From NCBI GenBank assembly GCA_963710755.1, contig CAVQBK010000013.1, positions 96,001 through 160,000 on the forward strand: a stretch of DNA of 64,000 nt, written 5' to 3'. This stretch comes from an uncultured bacterium (GTDB taxonomy: Bacteria; Oederibacteriota; JAAXVQ01; JAUVAV01). The position numbers were made by a program, and so were the translations under genes. A model generated the notes under the pieces. That model was given only the letters and a program-made list of their open reading frames with translations, had not been told where the DNA came from and did not search any database. Positions 9,375-18,715 of the stretch are shown here, piece by piece; positions within the stretch are counted from its first letter, which is position 1; each line of letters begins with the position of its first letter.

Positions 9375-10859
9375 ATGAACATTTTGTTAGTTTATCCCCA
9401 GCATCCGGAAACATTCTGGAGTTTCAAGTACGCCTTAAAATTTATTAAGCGCCAATCGGCCTTCCCTCCCTTGGGGCTGCTGACCATTGCTGCCATGCTG
9501 CCCAAGGATTGGCAATTGAAACTGGTTGACATGAATGTGGACCAGCTCCAGGAACAGGACTTGCGTTGGGCTGATTATGTGTTTATCAGCGCCATCTCTA
9601 TTCAACGCCAATCCACGTTGGGCGTTATAGAGCAATGTCACAAAGCCGGGGTAAAAATCGTGGCCGGCGGGCCGTTGTTCACCTCCTCCCACACCGAGTT
9701 CACCGGTGTTGATCATTTTATATTAAATGAGGCGGAAATCACCTTGCCCCAGTTTTTGCAGGATTTAGAACAAGGCCAGGCCAAGCCCGTCTATTCTTCA
9801 GATCAGTTGGCTGATCTTAGCCTGACGCCGGCACCCCGTTGGGATTTGATCTCCCACAAAAAATACGGGGCCATGAGCGTGCAGTACTCACGCGGTTGTC
9901 CTTTTAACTGCGATTTTTGTGATATCACTCTGCTCTTTGGCCATAAAACGCGTGTAAAAAGCCAAGCACAGATCATCGCCGAATTGGACCGGCTCTACGC
10001 CTACAACTGGAAAGGGTCGGTTTTCTTTGTTGATGATAATTTCATTGGCAATAAACAGCGGCTCAAAAAGGAAATCCTGCCGGCAGTCATCGCCTGGATG
10101 GAAGATCACAAGTATCCCTTTGATTTTTTAACCCAGGCATCCATTAATCTGGCCGATGATGACGAGTTACTGCAGCTCATGGTCAAAGCCGGATTTGATA
10201 CCGTGTTTATCGGGATTGAGTCGCCCAATGAGGAAAGTCTGACCGAATGTTTGAAAAGCCAAAACACCCGGCGCGATTTGATCGACTCCATTAAAAAATG
10301 TCAGCACGCCGGCCTGCAGGTTCAGGGCGGATTTATCGTAGGCTTTGACAGCGATCCCCTCAGCATTTTTGACCAGCATATCCGTTTTATTCAGCAAAGC
10401 GGCATCACCACCGCCATGGTAGGGGTGCTTAATGCCATGAAGGGCACGCGCTTGTTTCAGCGCCTGGAGCAGGAAAACCGCATGCTGACCGTCTCTACCG
10501 GCGATAATACGGATTGCTCCATCAATTTCATTCCCAAGATGGATGTTCAGGTGCTGCTGCAAGGCTATAAAAAAATCATCAACCAGATTTATGCCCCCGC
10601 CAATTATTATAAACGGGTGAAAACTTTTTTAAAACAGTTCAATATGCCTAAAATCCGTCCTTTCCGGCTGCGCTTCGATCTGCTGCCCGCCCTAATTCGC
10701 TCCATCTTCCGTCTGGGCATCATTGGCAGGGAACGCTTTCATTATTGGAAATTGCTGGTCTGGACCTTGTTTCACCGCCCCCATTCCCTGGCTCTGGCGG
10801 TCAGTCTGGCTATCAATGGCTTCCATTTCCGCAAAGTGTTTAAAGGGGTTACCGCTTAA
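9375..10859 (+). CDS. B12-binding radical SAM protein (DUF4070-type C-terminus)
   Basis: FPPLGLLT cobalamin-binding domain, SRGCPFNCDFC, FFVDDNF, GFIVGFDSD; AGGAG RBS. Confidence 0.9.
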   Translation: MNILLVYPQHPETFWSFKYALKFIKRQSAFPPLGLLTIAAMLPKDWQLKLVDMNVDQLQEQDLRWADYVFISAISIQRQSTLGVIEQCHKAGVKIVAGGPLFTSSHTEFTGVDHFILNEAEITLPQFLQDLEQGQAKPVYSSDQLADLSLTPAPRWDLISHKKYGAMSVQYSRGCPFNCDFCDITLLFGHKTRVKSQAQIIAELDRLYAYNWKGSVFFVDDNFIGNKQRLKKEILPAVIAWMEDHKYPFDFLTQASINLADDDELLQLMVKAGFDTVFIGIESPNEESLTECLKSQNTRRDLIDSIKKCQHAGLQVQGGFIVGFDSDPLSIFDQHIRFIQQSGITTAMVGVLNAMKGTRLFQRLEQENRMLTVSTGDNTDCSINFIPKMDVQVLLQGYKKIINQIYAPANYYKRVKTFLKQFNMPKIRPFRLRFDLLPALIRSIFRLGIIGRERFHYWKLLVWTLFHRPHSLALAVSLAINGFHFRKVFKGVTA

Positions 10860-10874
10860 CCATTTATCTAAATG

Positions 10875-10908
10875 GGGTTATCTCGCAGTTCCGGCTGCGG
10901 GATAACCC
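10875..10908 (+). terminator. Stem-loop downstream of the radical SAM gene
   Basis: gggttatctcgcag...ctgcgggataaccc inverted repeat. Confidence 0.55.
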
Positions 10909-11011
10909 GTCTTGGCCCACATCCTAGGGCCCCTCTCCTCATCAGAGTAGTCGTATGATTAATAGTCGTTTCATTTCTCAAGCCCATCCGTTTTCACGAT
11001 GACCGCTGCAT

Positions 11012-11038
11012 TCAGGAACCGCCGATCCTTTCCGATAA
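11012..11038 (+). promoter_or_regulatory. Sigma-28-like promoter
   Basis: TCAG-N15-TCCGATAA upstream of ATG 11083. Confidence 0.55.
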
Positions 11039-11082
11039 TAATAAAGAAATGTTTTATCCTTGGATATGGAGGGGCAAGCCCT

Positions 11083-11658
11083 ATGTCAAACAGCAAGGGC
11101 GTCACATGGGTCCTGATACGAAAATCACTCCAGGAACGGGGCCCGGACTTTGAGAAACACGTACTCAGCCAAGTTACGGAAAAAGAGCGGAACATCTATT
11201 TCAAGGCCAACGTCCATAATTGGTACCCGGTCACCACTGATCTTCCCGATGAAAAAACGCTCCTCACCATAACCTCCAAAGCACTCTTTCCCAATGACCC
11301 CCAACCTTTGCGCAGCTTCGGAAAAATGGCGGCCGACCATGCCATTAACAACCTCTATAAATTATTATTTCGCATTCCCTCTGTTTATTCCTTGGTCAAA
11401 CGTGCGGCCCTGGCGTGGCGGACCTACAATGATACCGGTGCTTTTTATGTAGAAGCATTTCTCAAGGAGGGTCGCCATATTTCTTTTCAATTCGTCTTGA
11501 AGCAGTACCCCACTTTGCCGGAAAACGTGCGTGAAATGTTGGCCGGTTATTACGGTGCCGTGATGACGTGGACTGGCGCCAAAACCGCGGAGGTGTCCAT
11601 TAACCAAAGCTACACCGAGGTTGTTGGCTGGCGCTGGACTATCATGGCCCACTATTAG
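11083..11658 (+). CDS. DUF2378/V4R-like protein, paralog 2
   Basis: Aligns end to end with 8496..9071; GGAGG RBS before ATG 11083. Confidence 0.65.
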   Translation: MSNSKGVTWVLIRKSLQERGPDFEKHVLSQVTEKERNIYFKANVHNWYPVTTDLPDEKTLLTITSKALFPNDPQPLRSFGKMAADHAINNLYKLLFRIPSVYSLVKRAALAWRTYNDTGAFYVEAFLKEGRHISFQFVLKQYPTLPENVREMLAGYYGAVMTWTGAKTAEVSINQSYTEVVGWRWTIMAHY

Positions 11659-11707
11659 CGCCTGGACAAGGTTGTCTACAGATCGGGACTATTTTGCCGG
11701 CTTCCAT

Positions 11708-11734
11708 TGAAATGCCACCTTCACATGCCGAAAC
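11708..11734 (+). promoter_or_regulatory. Sigma-28-like promoter
   Basis: TGAA-N15-GCCGAAAC. Confidence 0.55.
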
Positions 11735-11764
11735 TCAAACAGACTACAACTCTTTCGTAAAAGG

Positions 11765-12349
11765 ATGGTCAGCATGCCCCATACCAAAGGCACCACCTTG
11801 GTCTTGATACGGCAGTTACTGCAGGAAAAAGGCCCGGACTTTGAAAAGCAAGTACTCAACCAAATCACGGACATAGAACGGGAATACTATTTCAAGGCCA
11901 ATGTTCACGGCTGGTACCCGATGCTCGACAACATCCCCGAAGAAAAAACACTTCTTGTCGCTACCACCTGTGCTCTCTTCCCCGACGATCCGGCACCTCT
12001 GAGAAGTTTTGGAAAGCTGGCAGCCAATTACGCCATCAGTGATCTCTATAAATTATTATTCCGTATTCCCTCTATTCATTTCATTTTAAAGCGTGCGGCC
12101 ATAATGTGGCGGACCTACAATGATACCGGTGCTTTTTATGTGGAAGAATTTGTTAAAGAGGGCAAATCGATTTCCTTTCAATTCGTCTTAAAACATTATC
12201 CCACCTTGCCGTGGAATGCGCGGGAAATGCTGGCCGGGTACTACACGGCTGTGCTGGAATGGACCGGCGCTAAAACCGTGGACATCACCCTGAACCAAAC
12301 GTACACTGAAGAAGAGGGCTGGCGTTGGGTTGTTAAAGCCGGCTATTAA
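11765..12349 (+). CDS. DUF2378/V4R-like protein, paralog 3
   Basis: Same motifs as paralogs 1, 2 and 4. Confidence 0.65.
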   Translation: MVSMPHTKGTTLVLIRQLLQEKGPDFEKQVLNQITDIEREYYFKANVHGWYPMLDNIPEEKTLLVATTCALFPDDPAPLRSFGKLAANYAISDLYKLLFRIPSIHFILKRAAIMWRTYNDTGAFYVEEFVKEGKSISFQFVLKHYPTLPWNAREMLAGYYTAVLEWTGAKTVDITLNQTYTEEEGWRWVVKAGY

Positions 12350-12387
12350 TAGGTGCTCACGATCTTCACCTTTTTCCCGTCCCTCAT

Positions 12388-12414
12388 TGATAGACCACCG
12401 CTACTTGCCGAAAC
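12388..12414 (+). promoter_or_regulatory. Sigma-28-like promoter
   Basis: TGAT-N15-GCCGAAAC; the most conserved part of this spacer when compared with 11708..11734. Confidence 0.5.
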
Positions 12415-12448
12415 TAACACAAGAAGTTTATAACGCGCCCGCAAAAGG

Positions 12449-13033
12449 ATGGCCAGTATGCCTAATACCAAAGGCACCACCTTGGTCTTGATACGACAGT
12501 TACTGCAGGAAAAAGGCCCGGACATGGAAAAGCAAGTGCTCAGTCAGATCACAGACCTAGAGCGACAAGCTTATTACAAGGCCAATGTGCTTACCTGGTA
12601 CCCTGTGCTCGAGGATGTGCCTGATGAAAAAACCATTATCACCGTTGCTTCCAAAGCCCTCTTTCCCGATGACCCTGAACCTCTGCGTAAATTTGGAAAG
12701 CTAGCGGCCAATTATGCCATTAACAAGCTTTATAAAATACTGTTCCGCATTCCTTCAGTTCATTTTATTATGAAGCGTGCGGCTGTAATGTGGCGCACTT
12801 ACAATGATACCGGTGCTTTTTACGTGGAAGAATTTATTAAAAATAATCATTTTTTATCATGCCAGTTGGTTTTAAGACATTATCCCACCCTCCCCAATAA
12901 TGTGCGGGAAATGCTGGCAGGCTATTACAGCACGGTATTGGAATGGACCGGCGCCAAGACCACGGAAGTCACCCGCAATGATAACTATGATGAATTCAAG
13001 GCCTGGATTTGGTATCTCAAAGCCACTTATTAG
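12449..13033 (+). CDS. DUF2378/V4R-like protein, paralog 4
   Basis: Same motifs; C-terminus diverges (RNDNYDEFKAWIWYLKATY). Confidence 0.65.
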   Translation: MASMPNTKGTTLVLIRQLLQEKGPDMEKQVLSQITDLERQAYYKANVLTWYPVLEDVPDEKTIITVASKALFPDDPEPLRKFGKLAANYAINKLYKILFRIPSVHFIMKRAAVMWRTYNDTGAFYVEEFIKNNHFLSCQLVLRHYPTLPNNVREMLAGYYSTVLEWTGAKTTEVTRNDNYDEFKAWIWYLKATY

Positions 13034-13175
13034 ATCCTAGACAAGCCATCTATTTAAGAACCCGTCCATGTTGCTTTCCCTCGAATTTTACCGCTATTTA
13101 AAAACGTTATCCTTGCAAAAGGCCCTTCATTTTTGCCTTGACGGAGCCTGGCGGGACATGGTAAGTCATACAACT

Positions 13176-13628
13176 ATGGTTGACATATCAATTAATTTAT
13201 CATCACTAAGTGCGCGGGCCTTCGAAAAGTTTTGGCAGATACGGCGGATTGTCAATCTGCTGGCCACCCGGGATCTGAAACCCATAGGCATCGGCTTGAA
13301 GCAAGCCTTGCTGATTTACTATCTCAACCGCGAAGGCAGCACTTCCCAGGCCCAATTGGCCCGCTTTACAGGCAGTGACCCGGCGGCCATTGCCCGGGCA
13401 GTGCATACACTGCTGAACCAAGGCTGGATTGTCCAGAAGGATGATCATCGTGACCGCAGACGGCACACCTTGGTTCTGACCGCCCGAGGTAAGGCACTGG
13501 CCCGGCAAATCTCAGAAATGTTTCAGCGTCTGGAAGAACGGTTTAGCACAGCCCTATCCAAGGAAGAATCGGAAACCCTGACACGGTTACTGGATAAAAT
13601 TTTAGGCGGTTTTAATCAAACGGCCTAA
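13176..13628 (+). CDS. MarR family transcriptional regulator
   Basis: wHTH with DRRR...LTARG; upstream of emrAB-tolC. Start uncertain; palindrome TTGACATATCAA at 13180-13191 may be the operator. Confidence 0.85.
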   Translation: MVDISINLSSLSARAFEKFWQIRRIVNLLATRDLKPIGIGLKQALLIYYLNREGSTSQAQLARFTGSDPAAIARAVHTLLNQGWIVQKDDHRDRRRHTLVLTARGKALARQISEMFQRLEERFSTALSKEESETLTRLLDKILGGFNQTA

Positions 13629-13815
13629 GGCCTAATTAGTTTCGGTTGCGAAAAGAGGTCTTGTCGATCTTAACAAAATAGTCTTCTTCTCTTGGAGGAT
13701 ACCTTTTTCAGCGGGCGCCCACTGGGGATAGGACTATTGTCTTTTCCCTTACCGGGACTAATGATAATTATTTTGTGAACAGTAAAATTAATTTAAAAGA
13801 AAAGGAAAAGTTCCC

Positions 13816-14703
13816 ATGGCACCGAAAAACAAAACAAGCAATTCGGCCGCGGCCGAACCTTCGGCCTCCACTCCTCCTCATACCCCTAAACCCCGGCCCT
13901 GGTGGAAACACCGCCGGGCAAAAATCACCGGACTGATTGTGGCCTTGCTGGCGTTGACAGGATTTGTGATTTGGTTCATTTTTTTCCGTCCCTATCTTTA
14001 CACCAATGACGCCCGCATTGCAGCCACCACTGTGCAGATGGCGCCTCCTGGAGCCGGCGGTATGGTCATTGCCATCTCCGTCACCGAAGGCAGCCGGGTA
14101 AAAGCCGATGACATTCTCGTAGAACTTGACCACCGCGTGGCCCAGGCCAACCTGCAAAGAGCCAAAACCCACCTGGCTTTGGCGGAAAAGGACTATCAAC
14201 GCACCCAGCAACTGGCTGCCGGCAACGGTGTTTCTCCTCGGCAGTTGGATACAGCCCACGCCGCCTATCTCACCGCTCAGGCAGAGGGACAATTGGCCCA
14301 AATCGCGCTGGATAACACCTATTTACGCAGCCCTCTGGACGGCATTGTGATTCAGAAAAGCACGGAAATAGGTGACATGCTTCAGCCCGGGCAGACCGCG
14401 GTGACCGTGGCTGACATGGACCACGCCTGGGTTTCGGCCAATGTCGAAGAAACCAGAGTCGGTCAGCTTAAAATTGACCAGCCGGTCACCATTTCCATTG
14501 ATGCCGGCGGAACCCTTACTGGCAAAGTCCTGGAAATCCGCGCTGCTACAGCCGCCCAATTCGCCCTGATTCCGGCGGAAAATCCATCGGGCAATTTCAC
14601 CAAACTAGTGCAACGCATCCCCATCAAAGTGGCGCTCGATCCCCATCCGGGCCGCCAACTCCGCGCGGGGGAATCGGTGGAGATTAAGGTGCGCATCCGC
14701 TAG
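13816..14703 (+). CDS. emrA: EmrA/HlyD family membrane fusion protein
   Basis: N-terminal TM, YTNDA, FALIPAENPSGNFTKLVQRIPIK. Confidence 0.9.
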   Translation: MAPKNKTSNSAAAEPSASTPPHTPKPRPWWKHRRAKITGLIVALLALTGFVIWFIFFRPYLYTNDARIAATTVQMAPPGAGGMVIAISVTEGSRVKADDILVELDHRVAQANLQRAKTHLALAEKDYQRTQQLAAGNGVSPRQLDTAHAAYLTAQAEGQLAQIALDNTYLRSPLDGIVIQKSTEIGDMLQPGQTAVTVADMDHAWVSANVEETRVGQLKIDQPVTISIDAGGTLTGKVLEIRAATAAQFALIPAENPSGNFTKLVQRIPIKVALDPHPGRQLRAGESVEIKVRIR

Positions 14704-14854
14704 CCGTGGATCAGCTGGCCAGGCCTGACTTTAAATCAAGATCTTTGTTTAAGACCAAATAAAATATCCCCCAATGAATTATTGTGCTTCATCCCCGCTC
14801 GCTTCGCGTAATGCGGGGAATTCGCGAGGGCGTATTAATCGTAGGTTAGGCAAA

Positions 14855-16420
14855 ATGATAAACATGTTTAAAGAACGTTTCACTTATAAATGGCAGGTCC
14901 TCTTGGTGGCCATCATCGGCACCTTTATGGCCATCCTCGATTCCAGCATCGTCAATGTATCCCTGCCGGTCATCATGGCTGACTTCGGGTCGTCCGTGGA
15001 TGATATCCAGTGGGTGGTCACCGGTTATATGCTGAGCTATTCCACCTTTATGCCACTCACCGGCTGGTTTCGCGATAAAATCGGACATAAAAATCTATAC
15101 ATTTTCAGCATTTCCCTTTTCACGATAGGATCTTTTCTATGCGTTTTATCCTGGAATCTACCTTCCCTTATTGTGGCCCGGATTATTCAAGCCTTTGGCG
15201 CCGGCTCGATCACCCCGACTGCCATGTCCATGATTTCCGATGTTTTTGATCCTCGTGAACGGGGACGGGCTCTGGGTTACTGGGGCTTGGGCATTATTGT
15301 GGCCCCCGCTATCGGGCCCACGCTGGGCGGGATTTTAACGCGCACTTTGGGCTGGCGTTCCATTTTCATGGTTAACCTTCCTATTGGCGTCATCTGTGTT
15401 CTGATTGCCATGGTTCTGATAAAAAAAGATATTCTACATAACTTAAAGCGTCGTTTTGATCTGGCCGGTTTTTTATTTCTATCCCTCTTTCTTTTCGCCT
15501 TTTTACTTGGCCTGTCTAAAGGCAATCAGGAAGGCTGGACGTCTTTCTTTATCCTTGCCTGTTTCTCTCTATCTCTAATAGGGTTGGTCGGTTTTCTGCT
15601 GGTCGAGAGTTTGGTGCCCGATGGGATTATTGATTTAACCTTGTTTAAATCGCCCGTGTTTTCCATTTGCATGTTGGTCAATGCAGTGCGCGCTATTGCC
15701 CTGTTCGGCAGCACCTTTTTGCTGCCAGTGTTCATGCAGAATCTCATGGGGTTGGACGAAATCACGACTGGTCTGATTCTTTTGCCCGGGGCATTGGTTA
15801 TGGCCTTTCTCATCCCCATGGTAGGAAGGATGGCCGACAAAATCGGGCCTCGTATCCCATCCATCATTGGATTGTTGCTGCTGGCCTGGTTCATGTATAT
15901 TTACCGCAATCTCAATGTTAATACACGTATTATAGACATCATCTGGCCTACTATAATCCGCAGTGCCGGTCTGGTGCTGCTCATGGCCCCCATTATGGCA
16001 GCTTCTTTAAACGCCGCGCCCCGACGCAAGGCAGCGGTGGTTTCTTCCTTCTCCGCCTTAATCCAGCAAGTGGGGGGGGCTATAGGCATTGCTATTCTCA
16101 CAACAATGCTCACCATGCGCACGGCCTTTCACATGAACAGCATGGGGTCTAGCATTCGCTTGGGCACGGCCGCCCAACACTTCCTCCATCAAGCCGCCAC
16201 CTGGGCCATGCAGTTAGGCCATAACAGCCTGGAAGCCGTGGGGGTGGCGCGCGGCTTATTATTTGGCCATGTGGTGCAAACCGCCTCCGTGGCTGGTTTT
16301 GAAGATGCCTTTTTATTCGGCATGGTGATTGCCCTATTGGCTATTATCCCCGCACTTTTTTTACCCTTAAAGGTTGAGATCCACAAAGAACAAGAAACCG
16401 ATCTTATTGTCATGGAGTAG
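14855..16420 (+). CDS. emrB: EmrB/QacA DHA2 family MFS efflux permease
   Basis: FMAILDSSIVNVSLP, WVVTGY, GPTLGG, WRSIFMVNLPIG. Confidence 0.92.
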   Translation: MINMFKERFTYKWQVLLVAIIGTFMAILDSSIVNVSLPVIMADFGSSVDDIQWVVTGYMLSYSTFMPLTGWFRDKIGHKNLYIFSISLFTIGSFLCVLSWNLPSLIVARIIQAFGAGSITPTAMSMISDVFDPRERGRALGYWGLGIIVAPAIGPTLGGILTRTLGWRSIFMVNLPIGVICVLIAMVLIKKDILHNLKRRFDLAGFLFLSLFLFAFLLGLSKGNQEGWTSFFILACFSLSLIGLVGFLLVESLVPDGIIDLTLFKSPVFSICMLVNAVRAIALFGSTFLLPVFMQNLMGLDEITTGLILLPGALVMAFLIPMVGRMADKIGPRIPSIIGLLLLAWFMYIYRNLNVNTRIIDIIWPTIIRSAGLVLLMAPIMAASLNAAPRRKAAVVSSFSALIQQVGGAIGIAILTTMLTMRTAFHMNSMGSSIRLGTAAQHFLHQAATWAMQLGHNSLEAVGVARGLLFGHVVQTASVAGFEDAFLFGMVIALLAIIPALFLPLKVEIHKEQETDLIVME

Positions 16421-16424
16421 ACTT

Positions 16425-17759
16425 ATGAAAAAATCTATTTTCCTTTTATTTTTGACCTCAGTTTCATTGGCCGCGATGGCCGTTGCCGAAAGCCTTCCGC
16501 CCTCTTCTGCGGCTAGCAACTTAAGTTTGGCTTCAGCTGTTGACGAAGGCTTGGCCCACAGTCCGGAAATTCATAAATTGGAGGCGCAAAAAGAGGCTGC
16601 TGCCTGGAAGCGTCTAGAGGCGCTGTCGCCCAACCTGCCGCATCTTTCGGCCGCGGCAAATCAAATTCTAGACCAAAAATATTTATACCTGAGCCAATAC
16701 TCGCAGGGTATGGTGATTGAATTTCCCAGCGCCGGGCCCACCACCACCATTAATCTGGATGTTTCTTGGATGATCTTTGACGGGTTGTCAGCCTACAACG
16801 CCTATCAGGCCGCTGATTTGAATTACCAAGCCAGTCAGGCCGCGCTGACGCGTGCCCGTTTTCAGCTGGAACAAAACATCCGGCTCCACTTCTATCAAAC
16901 CCTGGCAGCCCAAGCTTTGTTGGAGGTTGCCGGGCATAACATTACCACCCTGAAGGATCATCTGGCTATTGCCAAGGTAGGTGTGCGCAGCGGGACCGCC
17001 ACCAGTTTTAATGTGCTGCGCATCGAGGCCCTGTTGGAAGAAGCACAGGCTGAAAAAATCCAAGCTGAAAACAATGAAATCATGGCCAAAAGAAGTCTGT
17101 ATTTGACCATGGGTGCACCCGAGGACAGCCGCACCCTTAAGGGCGCCTTGCCCAAGCCTCAAGAGCAGGACCTGAACCGCAAGCTGGTCCCTGATTTTTC
17201 CAATCGTGACGATCTACGGGCCCAAGTCTTACGGCAAAAAGCTGCTGAAAAGGCGAGTCTGGCAGCTACGGGCTTCTGGTGGCCCAAGCTGATTTTATAC
17301 GGTGAGGAGCAGTTTTACAAATATAAGGCCTTTGATCCGGCCATTGTAGAAACCCAAAACTTCAAAACCGATTATATGCTGGGTGTTCGTTTGACCTGGT
17401 CTTTTTTCGATGGCGGCGCCACCTGGGCGCGTCAGAAGGAAGCCGGTTATCAAGCCCAATCAGCTGCCGCATCCTCCCGCCAAATGGCATTGGCTGCGCC
17501 CGTTGAATTTGATTCGTGGAAAAGAAAATGGACTTACAATACCATCCTCTTTCAAGCCCGTCTGCGGGCTGAGGAAAAATCGCAGGAAAGTGTTCGCCTG
17601 GCCACCTTGGGGTTGCAGGCCGGCACCAATACCAACACCGACGTGCTGGACGCGGAGTTGGATCTGTTCCGGGCCCGCGCGGGCATTGTGCAGGCACAAC
17701 TGAATGCCGCCGAAGCGCTGATCAATTTGGAATTGGCTTTGGGTTATAAACTGCAATAA
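16425..17759 (+). CDS. TolC family outer membrane efflux protein
   Basis: Signal peptide, two OEP repeats, DVLDAE motif; in an operon with emrAB. Confidence 0.85.
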   Translation: MKKSIFLLFLTSVSLAAMAVAESLPPSSAASNLSLASAVDEGLAHSPEIHKLEAQKEAAAWKRLEALSPNLPHLSAAANQILDQKYLYLSQYSQGMVIEFPSAGPTTTINLDVSWMIFDGLSAYNAYQAADLNYQASQAALTRARFQLEQNIRLHFYQTLAAQALLEVAGHNITTLKDHLAIAKVGVRSGTATSFNVLRIEALLEEAQAEKIQAENNEIMAKRSLYLTMGAPEDSRTLKGALPKPQEQDLNRKLVPDFSNRDDLRAQVLRQKAAEKASLAATGFWWPKLILYGEEQFYKYKAFDPAIVETQNFKTDYMLGVRLTWSFFDGGATWARQKEAGYQAQSAAASSRQMALAAPVEFDSWKRKWTYNTILFQARLRAEEKSQESVRLATLGLQAGTNTNTDVLDAELDLFRARAGIVQAQLNAAEALINLELALGYKLQ

Positions 17760-17766
17760 ATACCGC

Positions 17767-17799
17767 AGAAAGAGACGCCCTTATTAGGCGTCTCTTTCT
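17767..17799. terminator. Bidirectional intrinsic terminator between convergent genes
   Basis: agaaagagacgcc-N7-ggcgtctctttct, a perfect 13-bp stem. Confidence 0.85.
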
Positions 17800-17820
17800 T
17801 GTGTCATTAATGGTCACCCT

Positions 17821-18591
17821 CTATTTTAAATCCTCTTTCATTTTGTCATATTGTTCTTTGGTAATCTCACCACGGGCATAACGTTTTTTCAAGATGTCCA
17901 GTGCATTCTCACCACCCAAGGTTCCGTGATATCCGCTACGGACCGCTTTAACAACCACGTAAACAACGATCACTAAAACAATAAGTACGACCAACCAACC
18001 GAAAGGGCCAAAAAATCCATGGCCCATCCATCCCCCATAACCATAAGGCATCATGTTCCAATTCCTCCTTCCATGCATTCCATGCCCATAACTGCCGGGT
18101 TCAAAACCATCCATCATCATGTTCATCATAGGTCCCATCATGCCATAGGGACCTTCCATCATGCCATAGCCGTAAGGTCCCATCATACCTCGGCCCATCA
18201 TACCATGGCCCATCATGCCGTTACCCCACCAGCCTTTGCCGTGGTGACCTTGCCCGCCAAATCCATAACATCCCAGATAGTGGGCACCAATCATCCGATA
18301 GCGGTAATCGCTCATAGCCGTGTTCTCGCCGCCCATCATGTTATTCATGTAGTTGCGCGATTGATTATCGGGATACATGCCTGCGGCCACGGCCTGGCCT
18401 AGTTGTTTTAATTGTTCCGCTGTCACTTTGCTGCAGTCAATCTGGTCATTTTTGGTGACATTCTGGCTGTGTCTGATCTGTTCCATGATTTGCTGTACCC
18501 CTGCTGCTTCGGCAGCCTTGGTTTCAGCTGCTGCCATAATCGGCAACACTATTACTGCCATCATTATGATCATGGCCAATCCTTTTCGCAT
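17821..18591 (-). CDS. Exported Met/Gly/His-rich protein with a TM segment and C-terminal SHOCT domain
   Basis: Signal peptide, GMMG repeats, TM, then ALDILKKRYARGEITKEQY. Confidence 0.8.
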   Translation of the reverse strand: MRKGLAMIIMMAVIVLPIMAAAETKAAEAAGVQQIMEQIRHSQNVTKNDQIDCSKVTAEQLKQLGQAVAAGMYPDNQSRNYMNNMMGGENTAMSDYRYRMIGAHYLGCYGFGGQGHHGKGWWGNGMMGHGMMGRGMMGPYGYGMMEGPYGMMGPMMNMMMDGFEPGSYGHGMHGRRNWNMMPYGYGGWMGHGFFGPFGWLVVLIVLVIVVYVVVKAVRSGYHGTLGGENALDILKKRYARGEITKEQYDKMKEDLK

Positions 18592-18715
18592 CTCGCTCAC
18601 CTCTTCACTTAAGAATTTATAGTTCACTTCTTAATTAATCCCGCAACATTCACCTCCTCTACTTTCTTGAGTGAAATTTTGACCCCTTTCGCACTATCTC
18701 CGGAATCAACAATTA

